Assembly: GCA_964188305.1 (NCBI GenBank)
Contig: OZ076888.1
DNA: 64,000 nucleotides
Source: Podarcis bocagei
Lineage: Eukaryota
Direction: 5' to 3' (one strand)
Shown: one piece after another, positions 63,729 to 64,000 of the stretch
Position numbering within the stretch: the stretch's first letter is position 1
How the letters are laid out: each line of letters opens with the position of its first letter
Notes under the pieces: model-generated
Seen by the model: the letters and a program-made list of their open reading frames with translations, nothing else
Databases searched by the model: none
What the model was told of the DNA's origin: nothing
Made by a program: the position numbers and the translations under genes

Positions 63729-64000
63729 CTAGTGAGAGAAGAAATATTCCATATTTAAACAGAACAGGCACATGCACATCCAAGCTTCAGTGTTCTGCCA
63801 GCAATTAAAATAAAAATTAATGTGTCCAAGAAAAATAAAATAATTTATTACAATAATTTAATAACAATTTTTAAGGAGCAAAGCCTTCCTGGGCACCTTA
63901 TGTTTTTAAACAAAATACAAATAACATATTTATGAAAACCAACAGAGCAGCAAAGTGAGCATAAAAACAGGACTGACAACTCTCCAAGACTCCCACAAGC

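Noticed and set aside
1-64000. CRISPR arrays, operons or prokaryotic/viral inserts
   Set aside because: No regularly spaced repeat-spacer array or gene-dense segment; the sequence is ordinary spliced vertebrate DNA.

Overview
Vertebrate genomic DNA, very probably a lacertid lizard, judged from the Sauria-SINE variant and the Tc1/mariner and hAT MITEs. It holds the 3' parts of two convergent genes. NEURL1 (neuralized E3 ligase 1, + strand) has four coding exons: 2179-2500, 25179-25859, 36238-36384 and 38034-38275. They encode the NHR1 C-terminal part, NHR2 and a C3HC4 RING, followed by a probable ~6.5 kb 3'UTR. SH3PXD2A/Tks5 (- strand) has its last three exons at 63679-63728, 61675-61794 and 59646-61532, encoding SH3 domains 3-5, followed by a probable ~12 kb 3'UTR. 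A ~2.7 kb TE-dense spacer with a CTCF-like motif separates the two putative polyA sites. The introns carry many non-autonomous DNA transposons (several with intact TIRs and TSDs), a solo LTR, SINE/LINE fragments and microsatellites. I found no convincing new protein-coding system. The best leads are regulatory and are inferences: a frameshifting consensus 5' splice site after the NHR1 exon, a promoter-like motif cluster upstream of the NHR2 exon, the very long TE-poor UTRs, and MITEs built from internal hairpin cassettes. Repeat family names come from recognition, not from a database search.
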